64,000 nt of DNA from the human T2T-CHM13v2.0 reference genome, Homo sapiens (GCF_009914755.1 NC_060927.1); one strand, 5' to 3'. Numbered from the stretch's first letter, positions 13,684 through 26,054 are shown. The notes: generated from the sequence alone by a model not told the origin. A program made the numbers and translations.

Positions 13684-14952
13684 CTTTAGACTAAACCCTA
13701 CCATTGTCTCACCTAACGAATCTTAAAAGTAATAACTTCAGTGATTAAACTGTTTCCAGTTAACTCAACTCAGAACAAGTCTCAAATTATTTAAAAGAAA
13801 ACAAATATGTCCAGTACCCAATTATGTACAATTCACAATGTCTGGAACACAGTCCAAGGGTATCATATATTCAAAGATGAAGGAAAACATACCCCATAAT
13901 GAGAGAGAAAGTCAATCAATTGAAACTGATCCATAGCTGGCACAAATATTGGAATGAGCTGACAAAAAAAATAACACAGTTAGTATGACTGCAATCTATA
14001 TGTTCAAAAAATATGAACAGAATTATAAAAGGTGAAAAAAAGACCAAAATTAAAAATCAAGTGATGAAAACTACATGCGAAATAAAAAATATATTGATGG
14101 TTTAATAGCAGATTAGACATCGCAGAAGAAAACATAAAGAAACTTGAAGACATAGCAAGAAAATAATCCATAAAAACACAGAGAAAAAATGAAAAATCAA
14201 TAATGAGTTTTGAAAAATTACCAAACAGCTCAATATGCCTATAATTAGTAGCCCTGAAGGAGAGAAAACAAAAGTTTCAGGAAAAAAATAATTGAGGGAC
14301 TGGCCGAGAAGGCTGACTAGAAGTAGCTGGTGTGTGCTGCTTTCACAGAGAAGAGTTAGAGTGGCCAGTAAACAGGAGCTCTTCAACTGGATCATCCAGG
14401 AAGACACATTGGGATTCATCAAGGAAGCAATGTAACTCACAGAAAGCAAGACTGGACAGTTGCCCATCCAGGATTGGTGCAGAGCCAAGGGAGGCTCCCC
14501 ATGGCAGAGAAACAGTTGGGTGAGTGAGAGCCTCTGGGGGCCCAAATTTCTGCCATAGACCTTGGAAATCATGGGCACTGAAGATCCCCCCAGCTTCCTT
14601 GCCCTGGGCCTGTACACTGACACAAAGATCTTGTGGAGTCTGGGCAGAGCATTGCTTAGGCCCATGTGAAGCCCCAAGGACCTTGGACTCTTAGATCTGT
14701 GATGCCAGGTGTCATAGCTCTGCCAATGAGGGAGGCCAGGCTCTCTTATGGTCCCCCAAGATAGATGCCACATCCACAATGCTGAGGAGTGGATGGACTG
14801 CAGGTCTCACCTCCATTACACCTCAACAAGCACAGTCCACTGGCCTGGCACTCCAGCACAGCCACCCAACTACCATCTAAGCACTCAGGCCAGTGCCCGC
14901 CCTGTATTTCTCTGGCACAAAGTTTCCAGACATTACTCACAGGTCCACTATT

Positions 14953-16115
14953 TTTGCCATTGCTGCAGCCCTTTCCTCAACTCCTCTCAGGCTCAGAAGG
15001 GAGCAAAGAGCCTGCTTCCAGCACACAGCAGCTGCCTTAAAGAAAAGTAGCCAGACTGTTTTCACATGGGTTTATGCCCCTCTTACTCCTCACTGGGCAG
15101 GGCCTCCTGACCTGGGCCCCCAGAACAGTGGACCTGCCCTTGCCTGAGCACATCAGTCTATAGCAGCTTTGCATTACTTTGGGGAGAAAATCCCAGACAC
15201 AACCTACAGGATCTTTGCCATTACTACTGCAATAGTACTGCCTTTGCTGCCCTCCTGCTGGGGGAGGAATAAAGGCCCCGATCACTTTGCTGTCACCTCC
15301 AGCACACCACAACCACTACCCAGAGAGAAACCCCGGCTCCGTTCCCTGTGAGCCCTCATTCCTATTCTCCACCAGGCAGGGGCCCCCGGTTGGGCCACAG
15401 TGCTGCCCCTCCGCCCCAGGCTGAACATTCTCATTGGCAGTGGCTTTGTGTTTCTCTGAGGTGATGCTTCGAGAGGCAACTGACATCTCTGCCATTGCTG
15501 CTGCAGCAGTACAGCCCTTGGTGCCCTTAGGCTGGGGAAGGAACAAAGAACTTGACTACTTTACTCATGCCTCCAGCATGTCACAGCCGCCTTATGGAGA
15601 GGAGACCAGTCTCTCTTCCCTGTGAGACCCTGATGCCCTGTTCTTCACTAGGTAGTGTCCCCAGCTCAGGCTTGTAGTGCCACCACTGCACCCACGGCTC
15701 AACATTTCAACCGACAGCAGCTTTATGCTTCTCTGAGGTGGCATTGGAGAGGCGACTGACAACGCCTCTGCCATTGCCACTGCAGCTGTACTTGCCCTTA
15801 CTGTTACCAGGCTAGGGAAGGAACAAAGAGGCTTAGTACTTTACTTGCACCTCTAGTACACTGCAGCAGCCCTATAGAGAAGAGGCCAGACTGTCTTCCC
15901 CATTAGGTCCCTTCATCCTTTGCTCTTCACCAAGCAGGGCCCCTGGCCTTGGGCCCAATATGTAGTTGCTCCATTCCAGGCTGAATGTTGCAATTGGCAG
16001 TGTCTCTCTGTTCCTCTGGGGTGAATCCCCAAGAGACAAGTGAAAGGCCCTCTACCATTGTCATTGCCAAAGGCTCTGCACATACTGACCCCAAGCTGGG
16101 AAAAGAACAAAAAGG
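14953..16115 (+). repeat. About 4.3 diverged tandem monomers of ~260-285 bp in the L1 5'UTR
   Basis: Motif (C/T)TGCCATTGCTGCTGCAG...GGCTGGGGAAGGAACAAAG recurs at ~14953, 15212, 15485, 15764 and 16048. Confidence 0.85.
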
Positions 16116-17637
16116 ATAGGCTCACCCAGGGCTGTGATAAAGTCTGGGAGTGCCAAGCTGAGATCTGTGGCCAGCACTTGAGTGGCTCAAGTTCTCATAT
16201 CACTGAGAGGAAGCATGGCTGAAAACATGAGGAAATACAGAGAAGCCATGTGCTAAGTAAAAGCCTACCTACAGCCATTGTGCTTAAGTACCAAGCAGCC
16301 CATGGATCACAGCGTAAACTTCAAAACCAAAATATTTTACAATATACTCCTTTGTGAAATCAAGGACAAGAATTCATCCACAAATAAAGACCCACGCATA
16401 AAGCCTTAGTCCTCTGAAAAGATACAGAAATGAAGCCAGCTGACTATGCTCAAATTATGCTACAGTTAAAAACATAAGCCCACACAGATGAGAGACAACT
16501 AGCACAAGAATTCTGGCAACCCTAAAAGCCAGAGTGTGTCCTTACCTACAAATGACCACACTAGCTCCCTAGTAATGGTTCTGAACTGAAATAAAATGGC
16601 TGAAATGACAGACATAGAATTCAGAATCTGTATGGCAAGGAAGATCATTGAGATTCAGGAGAAATGTGAAGCCTGTTGCAAGAAATCTGAAAAATTCATT
16701 AAAATGATTCAAGAGATGAAACATGAAATAGCCATTTTAAGAAAGAACCAAACTGAGCTGAGTTGAAAAACTGGCAAGAATGTCATAACACAATTGGAAG
16801 CATTAACAGCAGAATAGAACAAGCTGAGGAAAGAGTCTCAGAGCTCGAAGATCAGTTCTTTGAATTAACTCAATCAGACAAAAATAAAGAAAAAATAATA
16901 AAAGAGAACAAAACTTCTGAGAAATATGAGACTATGTGAAGAGACCAAATTTTGTGACTAATTGGTGTCACTGAAAGAGAGGGAAAAGGAGAAAGCAACT
17001 TGGAAAACAAATTTGAGGATACTGTCCACAAAAATTTCCTGAAACTTGCTAGAGAAATTGACCTGCAAATTCAGGAAATTTATAGAATCTCTGTGAGAAA
17101 CAACACAAGATGACCATCCCTAAAACACAAAGTCATTAAATTATCCAAGGTCAAAATGAAAGAAAAAAATATTAAAGGTAGCTAGAGAGAAAGAACAGAA
17201 CATCTATAAAGGGAACCCCACCAAGCTACCAGTGGCCCTTTCACCAGAAACCCTTGTAAGCCAGAAGAGATTGGGGGCCTACATTTGGTAACATTAAAGA
17301 GAAAAAAAAAAGTCAACCACGAATTTCATATCCAGCCAAACAAAGTTTCATTAGTGGAAGAGAAATAAAATCTCCTTCAGAGAAGTAACGCTGAGAAAAT
17401 TCTTTACCATCAGATCTTCCTTACAAGAGGTCCCTAAGGGAGTGCTAAACATGAAATCAAAAAACCATTACTGGCCACCTCAAAAACACACTCAAATACA
17501 TAGACATTGACACTATAAAGCAATACACAGTCAAGTCTACATAACAACCAGCTAACAATATAATGACAGAATCGAACTTACACATATCAACATTAACCTT
17601 GAATGTAAACAGGCTAAATACTACACTTAAAAGGCAC

Positions 17638-18380
17638 AAAAATATCATGACTTCAACAAACAAAATGAATAAGGCACCAAGGACCAATCCTCAAGAAACA
17701 GAGATATGTGACTGTTCAGAAAGAGAATTCAAAATAGCTATTTTGAGGGAACTCATAGAAATTGGGGATAACACAGAGAAGGAATTTATAATTCTATCAG
17801 ATAAACTTAACAAGAGATTGAAGTAACTAAAAAGAATCAAGCAGACATTCTGGAGTTAAAGATTGCAACTGACATTCTGAAGAATGCACCAGTCTTTTAA
17901 TAGCAGAATTGTTCAAGAAAAAGAAAGAATTAATGAGCAGATTATCTGAAAATACACAGAGGAGGCAAATCTAAGAGTTATTGGCCTTAAAGTGGAGAGA
18001 AAGAGGTAGTACTAGAAAGTTTAGTGAAAGGGATAATAACAGAGAACTTCCCAAACCTAGAAAAATATATCAATATCCAACTGTGAGAAAGTTTTAGAAT
18101 ACCAGACAAATTTACCTCAAAGAAGACTACCTCATAGTTAATAAAACTCTCAAGGATCAAGAATAAATAAAGGATCCTAAAAGCTGCAAGAAAAAAGAAA
18201 CAACTAACATACAATTGAGCTATAATATATCTGGTAGCAGACTTCTTAGTGGAAACCTTACAGGCCAGGAGAAAGTGGCATGACTTATTTAAAGCACTGA
18301 GGAAAAAAAAATCCTTTGAATTGTATACCTGGTGAAAATATCCTTCAAACATGATGAAGAAATAAAGACTTTCACAGTCA
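17638..18380 (+). mobile_element. Second, foreign L1 ORF1 segment (L1M1/L1MA-like) embedded in ORF2 of the L1PA element
   Basis: Translation MTSTNKMNKAPRTNPQETEICDCSEREFKIAILREL is ORF1p-like and differs from the element's own ORF1 at 16488. It ends at ATAAAGACTTTCACAG. Confidence 0.8.
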
Positions 18381-20411
18381 ACAAAGTACTAGAAGTCCTA
18401 GCCAGAGCAATCAGGCAAGAGAAATAAATAAAAAGCAACCAAATAGGAAGAAATGAGATAAAAAAATCTCTCTTCACAGATGACATAATTCTGTACTTAG
18501 AAAAGCCCGTTGTCTCTGTACAAATGTTTCCAGATCTTATAAACAACTTCAGCAAAGTTTTAGGATACAAAATTAACATACAAAAATCAGTAGTATTTCT
18601 ATACACCATTCATTTACAAGCTGAAAGCCAAATCAAGAACAGAATACCATTCACAATAGTCACAAAAATATGATAGAATACAGATAAACAAAGGTAGTGT
18701 AGTGAAAGATCTTTACAACAAAAATTACAAAACACTGCTGAAAGAAATCAGAGACAACACAAACTCATGGGAAAACTTCCCATGCTCATGGATACGAAGA
18801 ATCAATATTTTTTAAAAGGCCATACTACCCAAAGGAATTTACAGATATAATGATATTCATATCAAACTACCAACAACATTTTTCTCATAATAAAAAAAAA
18901 TCCTCAAATTCACTTAGAATCAAAAAAATACCCAATTAGCCAAAGCAATTCTCAGCAAAAAAGAGCAAAGCTGGAGGTATCACACTACCTGACTTCAAAC
19001 TATACTACAAGACTATAGTAATTAAATCAGCATAGTAATGGTACAAAAATAGACACATCAACAAATGGAACAAGATACAGAACCTAGAAATAAAGCTGCA
19101 CACCTATAGTCATCTTATTTTTGACAAAGCCAATAATCACAAGCAATCAGGAAAAGATTCCCTATTCAATTAATGATGCTGGAATAACTAGCTATCCATA
19201 TGCAGAACATTGAAACTGGACCCCTACCTTTCACCATATATAAAAGTTAACTCAAGATGGATTAAAGACTTAAAGGTAAAACTTAAAACTATAAATATCA
19301 TAGAAGAAAACCTAGGAAATACCATTCCGTACATTGGCCCTGGCAAAGACTCCATGATGAAGAATCCAAAAGCAATTGCAGCAGAAACAAAAATTGGTAA
19401 GTGGGACACAATTAAACTAAAGTCTTCTGCATAGCAAAATAAATATTCAGCAGGGTAAATAGACATCCTAAAGAATGACAGAAAATATTTACAAAATATA
19501 CATCTGACAAAGGTCTAATATCTAGAATCTATAGGGAACTTAAATCAACCAGGAAAAAGCAAATAATCCCATTAAAAACGGGCAAGGAACATGAAGCAAC
19601 ACTTCCCAAAAGAAGACTCCATGTTGCCAATACACATATGAAAAAATGCTCAATATCACCAATCATTAGGGAAATGCAAATAAAAACCACATTGAGATAC
19701 TATAGTATACCACCAGTCACAATGGCTATTGCTCTAAAGTCAAATAATAACAGATGCTGGTGAGTTTTTACAGAAAAGTGAATGCTTATACACTGTTGAT
19801 GAGAATGTGAATTAGTTCAGACATGTTGCAGATCAGGTTGAAGACTTCTCAAAGGGCTTGAAATAGAACTACTATTTAATCCAGCAATCCCGTTATTGGG
19901 TTTATACCCTAAGGAATATAAATGATTGTACCATAAAGATATATGCATGCACATGTTCATGATAGCACTATTTGCAATAGCACAGAAATAAAACAACTTA
20001 GATGCCCATCAACAGAGAACTGTAAAAAGAAAATGTGGTACATACACACCATGGAATACTATGCAGTCATAAAAAGAACAAGATCATGTCCTTTGCAGCA
20101 ACATGAATGTAGCTGGAGGCCATTATCTTAAGCAAACTAACACAGAAACAGAAAACCAAATACCACATGTTCTCACTTGTAAGTGGGAGCTAAACACTGA
20201 ATACACATGGATACAAAGAAGGGAACAACAGACACTGGAGACTGCTTGAGGTGGAAGGGTGGGGAGTGCCATGTGGGTTGGAAGGCTCGATATGCTCTCT
20301 ATTTGGTGACAGGATCATTCTTACACCAAGCTTCAGTGACACAAAATTTTCTCATGTAACAACCCTGTACAGGTAAATCCCTGAACCTAAAATTAAAAGT
20401 GAAATAAAAGA

Positions 20412-22110
20412 AAATCTTCAATATATCAAGAGGGCTTAAGAATCCTAAATATTTGAAACTATAATTTTGATAATCTCTATCTATTATATAAAACATTTAA
20501 CTACAAAGGGGGAAATAGATAAATCCAAAACTATAGTCAGAAATGTCAATACCCCTCTCTCAATAATTGATACAAGTAGACAAACAACTAGTAAGGATAT
20601 ATAAAACATGAATGACATTATCAACTATCTTGATTTAAATGTCATTTACTGAAAAGTCTAAAATCAGTAACTTCAGCCTGCACTGTAAGAAACTGAAAGG
20701 AAGGAAAAATTAAAGTGAAATAAAAGAAAGGGAAAAACGAAACTCATGATTAGAGAGAAAAAAGAGTCAATCAATAAAACCAAATACAGGGCTATAAAAT
20801 AACATCATAAGGAACTAAATATCAATAAATTTAACAACTCACATGAAATGGACAAATTCATTAAAACACAAAAACTACCAATGTCACTCAAGAAAAATGA
20901 TAGCCTGATTATTTCTGTGTCTCTTAAAGAAATTGAGTTTTAACACCTTTCCTTTCATTAGTCAATTTTATGAAACATTTAATAAAAATATAAAATATAT
21001 TTTATAAAAATCATTGTAAAATATTGAGGAAGCAGAAATAACACCAAACTCATTATTAAGAGATCTGCTTTAACCTGCTATCAAAAGCAAAAAAAAAAAA
21101 AAAAAAAAAAAGAATTAAATCACTATAGAAAAAGAAAATTGAAGACCAGCATTCCTCATGAATAGGAACACAAAACCCTCAACAAAAATTGACGAATTTA
21201 ATAAGATAATAAATGAAAACTATAATACATCATGAATAAATGGATTCACACCAGGAATTCAGGATGGGTTTTAACATCCTAATATCAAACAATGTAATTA
21301 ATTATATTAATTTATAAAAGAAAAAATAATCTCAACTGGTACAGAAAAACACATTTGATAAATCTGACATGTCATAACATAACTTTGAGCAAACTAGGAA
21401 TAAAAACGAATTTTCTTAGCCTAATAAAAGATAATATGGAAAACTGCCAGCTAACATCATAATTAATGGTAATAGGATGAAAGATTTTCTACTAAGATGC
21501 AAAACAAGGCAAAGATGTTCATTCTGATCACTCCTTTTCAATATTCCACTTAAGAACTGAACCAATAGAGAAAACAAAAAGAAACAAGTCATACAAATTT
21601 GACAGGAAAATAAAAACTTTTTTACAAATGAAAGGATTGAGGATTTTAAAAAGCCTAAGGAGAAAGATTAGAATTCATTAGTAAATTCAGCAACATTAGA
21701 GGATACAATATCAATATACAAAAATCAAGTACATTTCCACATATCAGAAATTAACATTAAAATATTGAAATAAAAATGTAATGCTATTTATAATCACATT
21801 AAATAACATGTATTGGCTGGGAATAAGTTTTACAAAAGACATGCTATGCTGGCAAACTGGAAATAGAAAAGACTGTGAATATTAATATGACAGCCTTATT
21901 TGTCAATCAAAAACTTAAAAAATGGTCAAAGGGTGAATGATAAATTGTGGAGAATTTGTAAAATTCAACATGAAAGGACATGAACTACATGCAACAACAT
22001 GAATGAATATAAAAATATTTAAGCTAAGTGCAGAAGCCAGAAAAGTAAGAGTATATACTATAGTATTCCTTTTTGTCAATACTATGTGATAAACAAGTTT
22101 GGGTTTTAGT
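20412..22110 (+). mobile_element. Old L1M ORF2 and 3' remnant (continuation of the host L1M), with many deletions
   Basis: Endonuclease-like CAATACCCCTCTCTCAATAATTGATA, RT-like CATTCCTCATGAAT and CTGCCAGCTAACATCATA, and L1MC/ME-like 3' ACATGCAACAACATGAATGAAT. Confidence 0.75.
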
Positions 22111-22674
22111 TCTATGACAGTATTTAGAAAAAAAGACAATATTTAGTGCTATGGCAGTATTTAGTGCTATGACAATATTTAAAATTTTTTGGAGAACTTT
22201 TTAGGTTCCTTACCCTTGGACTCAACTGCTTAATATTTTCATTTCTGATAAAACATCAACATTCTTTTAATTGTTAATGCTACCAGAGAGTATCTGTGAA
22301 GACTTTTGTCTTCTTCATTTCCACATTTAGCTGATCATTGAGATTTTTTTGTTTCACTAAATGTTTTTTATATTTGTCTCATTATTTTCTATTTAATGTT
22401 TTCTTTAACAGTTTCTCTTAAATCACTGGACAATGTTAGCTCAAAATAAGCAAACTTTCTACCAACAATTACATAACTGCTGTTAAACTAATGTTCCAAA
22501 ATATGAATCTGATTTGATATTTTCTTTGCTACTTCATACTTTTTAAGTACTTGCTAAGGTGACAAGATAAACCTGAGAATCAATAGTGTAATATACAGGC
22601 CCATTATAGTATAGAATCTGGCTTTCTTTTGTATCAATTAATTCACTTTTCAACAAATATTTGTTGAGCCATAC

Positions 22675-23172
22675 TGTAGTCAGAATTTAAGATGGCCCTA
22701 TAATTTCTGTTCCTTGGTGTTATGTTCCTCCTTGAGTGTCAGAACATGTGGCTATTCTAGCCAACAGAATATGGGAAAAGAGAAGGGATTACACAAACGC
22801 AATTAAGGTTCCAAATCCATTGAACCTTCATTAAGTAAAAGTAAGACATTATTAGAGGGCTTAACTGAATAAGTAAAACACATAAAAGGAGTCATAATTA
22901 TACTGAGGTTGAAGGAACAAGACATTCTGAGTTCTACAAACATTAGAAAATAAATTCTGCCAACAGAAGTGGATAATTTCCCAGTTAAGCCTCTAGATGA
23001 GAATATATCTCTGTTCTTCCCTTCACTTCAGCTTTGCGAGACCCTAAGGAGAGAACCCAGTAAAGTCATGCCTGGGCTTCTAACCTCTGAAAACTGTGAG
23101 ACAATAAATGGGTGTCATTTTAAGTGAGTAAATATTTTGGTAATTTTTTACACATAAATAGAAAACTAATAC
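22675..23172 (+). mobile_element. MaLR solo LTR, MLT1D/E-like
   Basis: TGTAGTCAGAATTTAAGATGGCCC start and AAACTGTGAGACAATAAAT...GAAAACTAATACA end. Confidence 0.8.
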
Positions 23173-23336
23173 AAGCAAATATTCTGCTCCTTGCGCCGTA
23201 TTCTAGAAACTGTGGGAACAAGAGTGATAAGAAAAATATATACATGTTTAGATAATCTAAAGAGTGGGTACAGTCAGTACAGAGAGAAAAGAGAACCAAA
23301 CATTAGATCCTAGTCACTCCAACCTTAGAAAGAGGA

Positions 23337-23884
23337 TGAAGTGGGACACTTTGCAAGAGTTAAAAGTAATGCAACCCCCAGTCCAGAGGTTTTCTAGGAC
23401 ACAGAATGAGCAAGTACTCACTTGTAACTGTTGCACCTCCAGTTCTTGATGTTTTAGAAAAGTTACAGGAAGAATCTCAGCCCTGAATAAATAAAATAAA
23501 AACTAGTTGGATCCAAAGATGCCTGAATTGAAGATGAACTTTGGCAAGCTCTCCTCATTACCACACTAAAAGCCCCACCCAGGGAAGAGCTTAGTCACTA
23601 TTATCCACACCTGTGGCTTATATAGAGGAACAACTGATGACGGCATCTGTGCTGCTTTGATCCCACCTCTAGATACAATGACTCAGCTAACAAACCTAAT
23701 GAAAGGCCAGTTTTCACCTGTTCAGGGAGGCATTGATGTGGGGATTTATTCCAGCTGTCCTGTTTACTTGTTCCAAGTAATCAATTTTCTTTGTTAAATA
23801 CTCCTTGGTTGTAGCCATTGGACTGTCACCTGCCAAGTCAAAAACAACAACAACAACAACAAAACACTCCTTGCAAAGGTAACA
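23337..23884 (+). mobile_element. ERV1 MER4-group solo LTR (subfamily uncertain)
   Basis: CTCTCCTCATTACCACACTAAAA, ACAATGACTCAGCTAAC (AP-1 site), ATTGGACTGTCACCTGCCAAG; ends GGTAACA. Confidence 0.7.
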
Positions 23885-23935
23885 GTAGGAGGAAGTGGAA
23901 GATCACCAACAGTGAGTTAAACGTAGGAGCTAATG

Positions 23936-23955
23936 GGCTGGGCGCGGTGGCTCAC
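23936..23955 (+). mobile_element. Isolated 20-nt Alu 5' end
   Basis: GGCTGGGCGCGGTGGCTCAC lies immediately after the left TSD copy. Confidence 0.85.
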
Positions 23956-24051
23956 AAATCATCTGCTCCCAAAGTACACTGATGGGACAGGCATAGGACA
24001 CAAATTATAGATATTTCCATTCACAAGGAGAAAGACAAGGAAGATTAAAAA
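23956..24051 (+). repeat. Dispersed ~96-bp direct copy of 45890-45985 (MLT1-internal sequence)
   Basis: Ungapped manual alignment gives 10 mismatches in 96 nt. Confidence 0.9.
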
Positions 24052-24069
24052 AAAAAAAGGCATTAAATC

Positions 24070-24385
24070 GGCCGAGCGCAGTGGCTCACGCCCGTAATCC
24101 CAGCACTTTGGGAGGCCGAGGCGGGCGGATCACGAGGTCAGGAGATCGAGACCATCCTGGCTAACACGGTGAAACCCCGTCTCCACTAAAAATACAAAAA
24201 ATTAGCCGGGCGTGGTGGTGGGTGCCTCTAGTCCCAGCTACTCGGGAGGCTGAGGCAAGAGAATGGCGTGACCTGGGAGGCGGAGCTTGCAGTGAGCCGA
24301 GACTGAGCCACTGCACTCCAGCCTGGGTGACAAAGCAAGACTCTGTCTCAAAAAAAAAAAAAAAAAGAAAAAAAAAGAGAAAAAA
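24070..24385 (+). mobile_element. AluY-like full-length element
   Basis: Diagnostic CTGGCTAACACGGTG, GAATGGCGTGA and GGAGCTTGCAGTG. The A-rich tail is followed by GGAGCTAATG. Confidence 0.95.
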
Positions 24386-24814
24386 TGGAGCTAATGAGGT
24401 AGGAAACAAGCATAGCACAGTGTTTCAGAAGTCTATGAAGGTATATTTTGAGGGACGAAAAGGACAATGGTTTCAAATTCTACTGAGAGGTCAAGAAAGA
24501 TGAGTAATAATTTTTCCAAATGGTTTTACAGTGTGGACATCGTTAGTGAATGAAAGGAGAATTTTTTTAACGAATTAATGGAGGTTAAATCTTGATCAAA
24601 TTGGCTTTAAAAGAGGATACAAAGGGAGTAGACAGGGAATGTAAACAAACAAACAAAAACTTATTAAGTGATTTAATAGAAATTAAATGCATCAATCCTA
24701 TTGAGTTTTACTAGAAGGAATTATTGGAACGATTCTTTTCCCCTCTCATAAATTTATTTCAAAGCTGGAGCAGAAGAAATTTGCTATCTCATAATTTTAT
24801 ACATACTTGATGTA

Positions 24815-25300
24815 TTCATCAAAAATGAAAACACACTAAAGAAAATTTTAGTTAAAGAAAGACTAAAAGAATTTATCATCACTAGATCTGCACTAGGAAA
24901 ACATATCATCCTTAACCTGAAATGCAATGACTAGGAAATTCAAGACTAGGAAGTAATGAACAATGAAAAAGGAAAAATATGAGGATAAATATGACTGCTT
25001 ATTTTTCTTCTCATATTGTTAAAGAACATACGACTTTTTCAAACAAAAACCGTAACATTATTCTACGATTTCTATGTGTGTAGATGTAATTCATAATAAT
25101 GATAACACAAAATACAAAAATAGAAGAATGGAACTATACTATTGGAAATTTTTCATATTTCATATGAAGTTAAAAATATATTATGTAGAATAATAACATA
25201 AACTACAGTGTAATAATTTAAGGAGACATAGTCTAATGTCTAGTGCAACCACTATGATATTGAAATGATAAACAGCTAAATCATAAATAAGGGATTATAA
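24815..25300 (+). mobile_element. Old L1M fragment (ORF1 end and inter-ORF region)
   Basis: CTAAAAGAATTTATCATCACTAGATCTGCACTAG resembles the L1M ORF1 C-terminus. Confidence 0.5.
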
Positions 25301-25304
25301 AAAT

Positions 25305-25940
25305 AGAGACAGGAATGCTTTTACACTGTTGGTGGGAGTGTAAATTAGTTCAACCATTGTGGAAGACACTGTGACGATTCTTCCAGGATCTAGAAACAGA
25401 AATACCATTTGACCCAGCAATCCCATTACTGGGTATATACCCAAAGGATTATAAATCAATCTACTATAAAAACACATGCACATGTATGTTTATTACAACA
25501 CTGTTCACAATAGCAAAGACTTGGAACCAACCCAAATGCCCATCAATGAGAGACTGGATAAAGAAAATGTGGCACATATACATTGAGGAATACTATGCAG
25601 CCATATAAAAGATAAGTTAATGTCCTTTGCAGGGTCATGGATGAAGCTGGAAATTATCATTCTCAGGAAACTAACACAGGAACAGAAAAGTAAACACCAC
25701 ATGTTCTCATTCATAAGTGGGTGTTGAACAATGAGAACACATGGACACAGGGAGGGGAACATCACACACCGAGGGCTGTTGGAGGGTGGGGGGATAGGGT
25801 TGAGATAGCATTAGGAGAAATAACTAACATAGATGACCGGTTGATGAGTGCAGCAAACCACCATGGCATGTGTATACCTATGTCACAAACCTGCACATTC
25901 TGCACATGTATCCCAGAACTTAAAGTATAATAAAAAAAAA
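25305..25940 (+). mobile_element. 5'-truncated L1PA (L1PA6-8-like) 3' end
   Basis: ACACTGTTGGTGGGAGTGTAAATTAG...CACATGTATCCCAGAACTTAAAGTATAATAAAAAA. Confidence 0.92.
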
Positions 25941-26054
25941 GTTGTGATTTACACAAATGAATACACAAAACTAGGGAGAAACTATACAACTTTTGAGAAA
26001 AGAACATGGAAGAAAATCAAGCTGATATAATAAATGAATATAAATATTAATGAT

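Larger units (their letters stand above)
12790..14293 (+). mobile_element. Old L1M (L1MC/MD-type) 5' region and ORF1 start; hosts MER30 and the L1PA insertion
   Basis: ORF1-like AATAGCAGATTAGACATCGCAGAAGAA...CTTGAAGACATAGCAAG at ~14100-14160, with an A-rich sense strand. Confidence 0.7.
14294..20411 (+). mobile_element. Near-full-length, rearranged L1 of the L1PA13-16 class (5'UTR, ORF1, partial ORF2, 3'UTR)
   Basis: GC-richer 5'UTR 14294-16480, decayed ORF1 from ATG 16488, ORF2 start MTESNLHISTLTLNVNRLN at 17563, RT motif F(T)DD at 18473-18484, and 3' end CCCTGAACCTAAAATTAAAAG. All ORFs are disrupted. Confidence 0.9.
23180..24680 (-). mobile_element. L2 fragments, interrupted by an ERV1 LTR and the composite Alu
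   Basis: TCAAATTCTACTGAGAGGTCAAGAAAGATGAG (~24475) and CACTCCAACCTTAGA (~23315) match antisense L2. Confidence 0.55.

Noticed and set aside
14102-14779. 225-aa minus-strand ORF, the longest in the track
   Set aside because: It is an antisense reading across the L1M/L1PA 5'UTR junction, with no recognisable domain or splice context.
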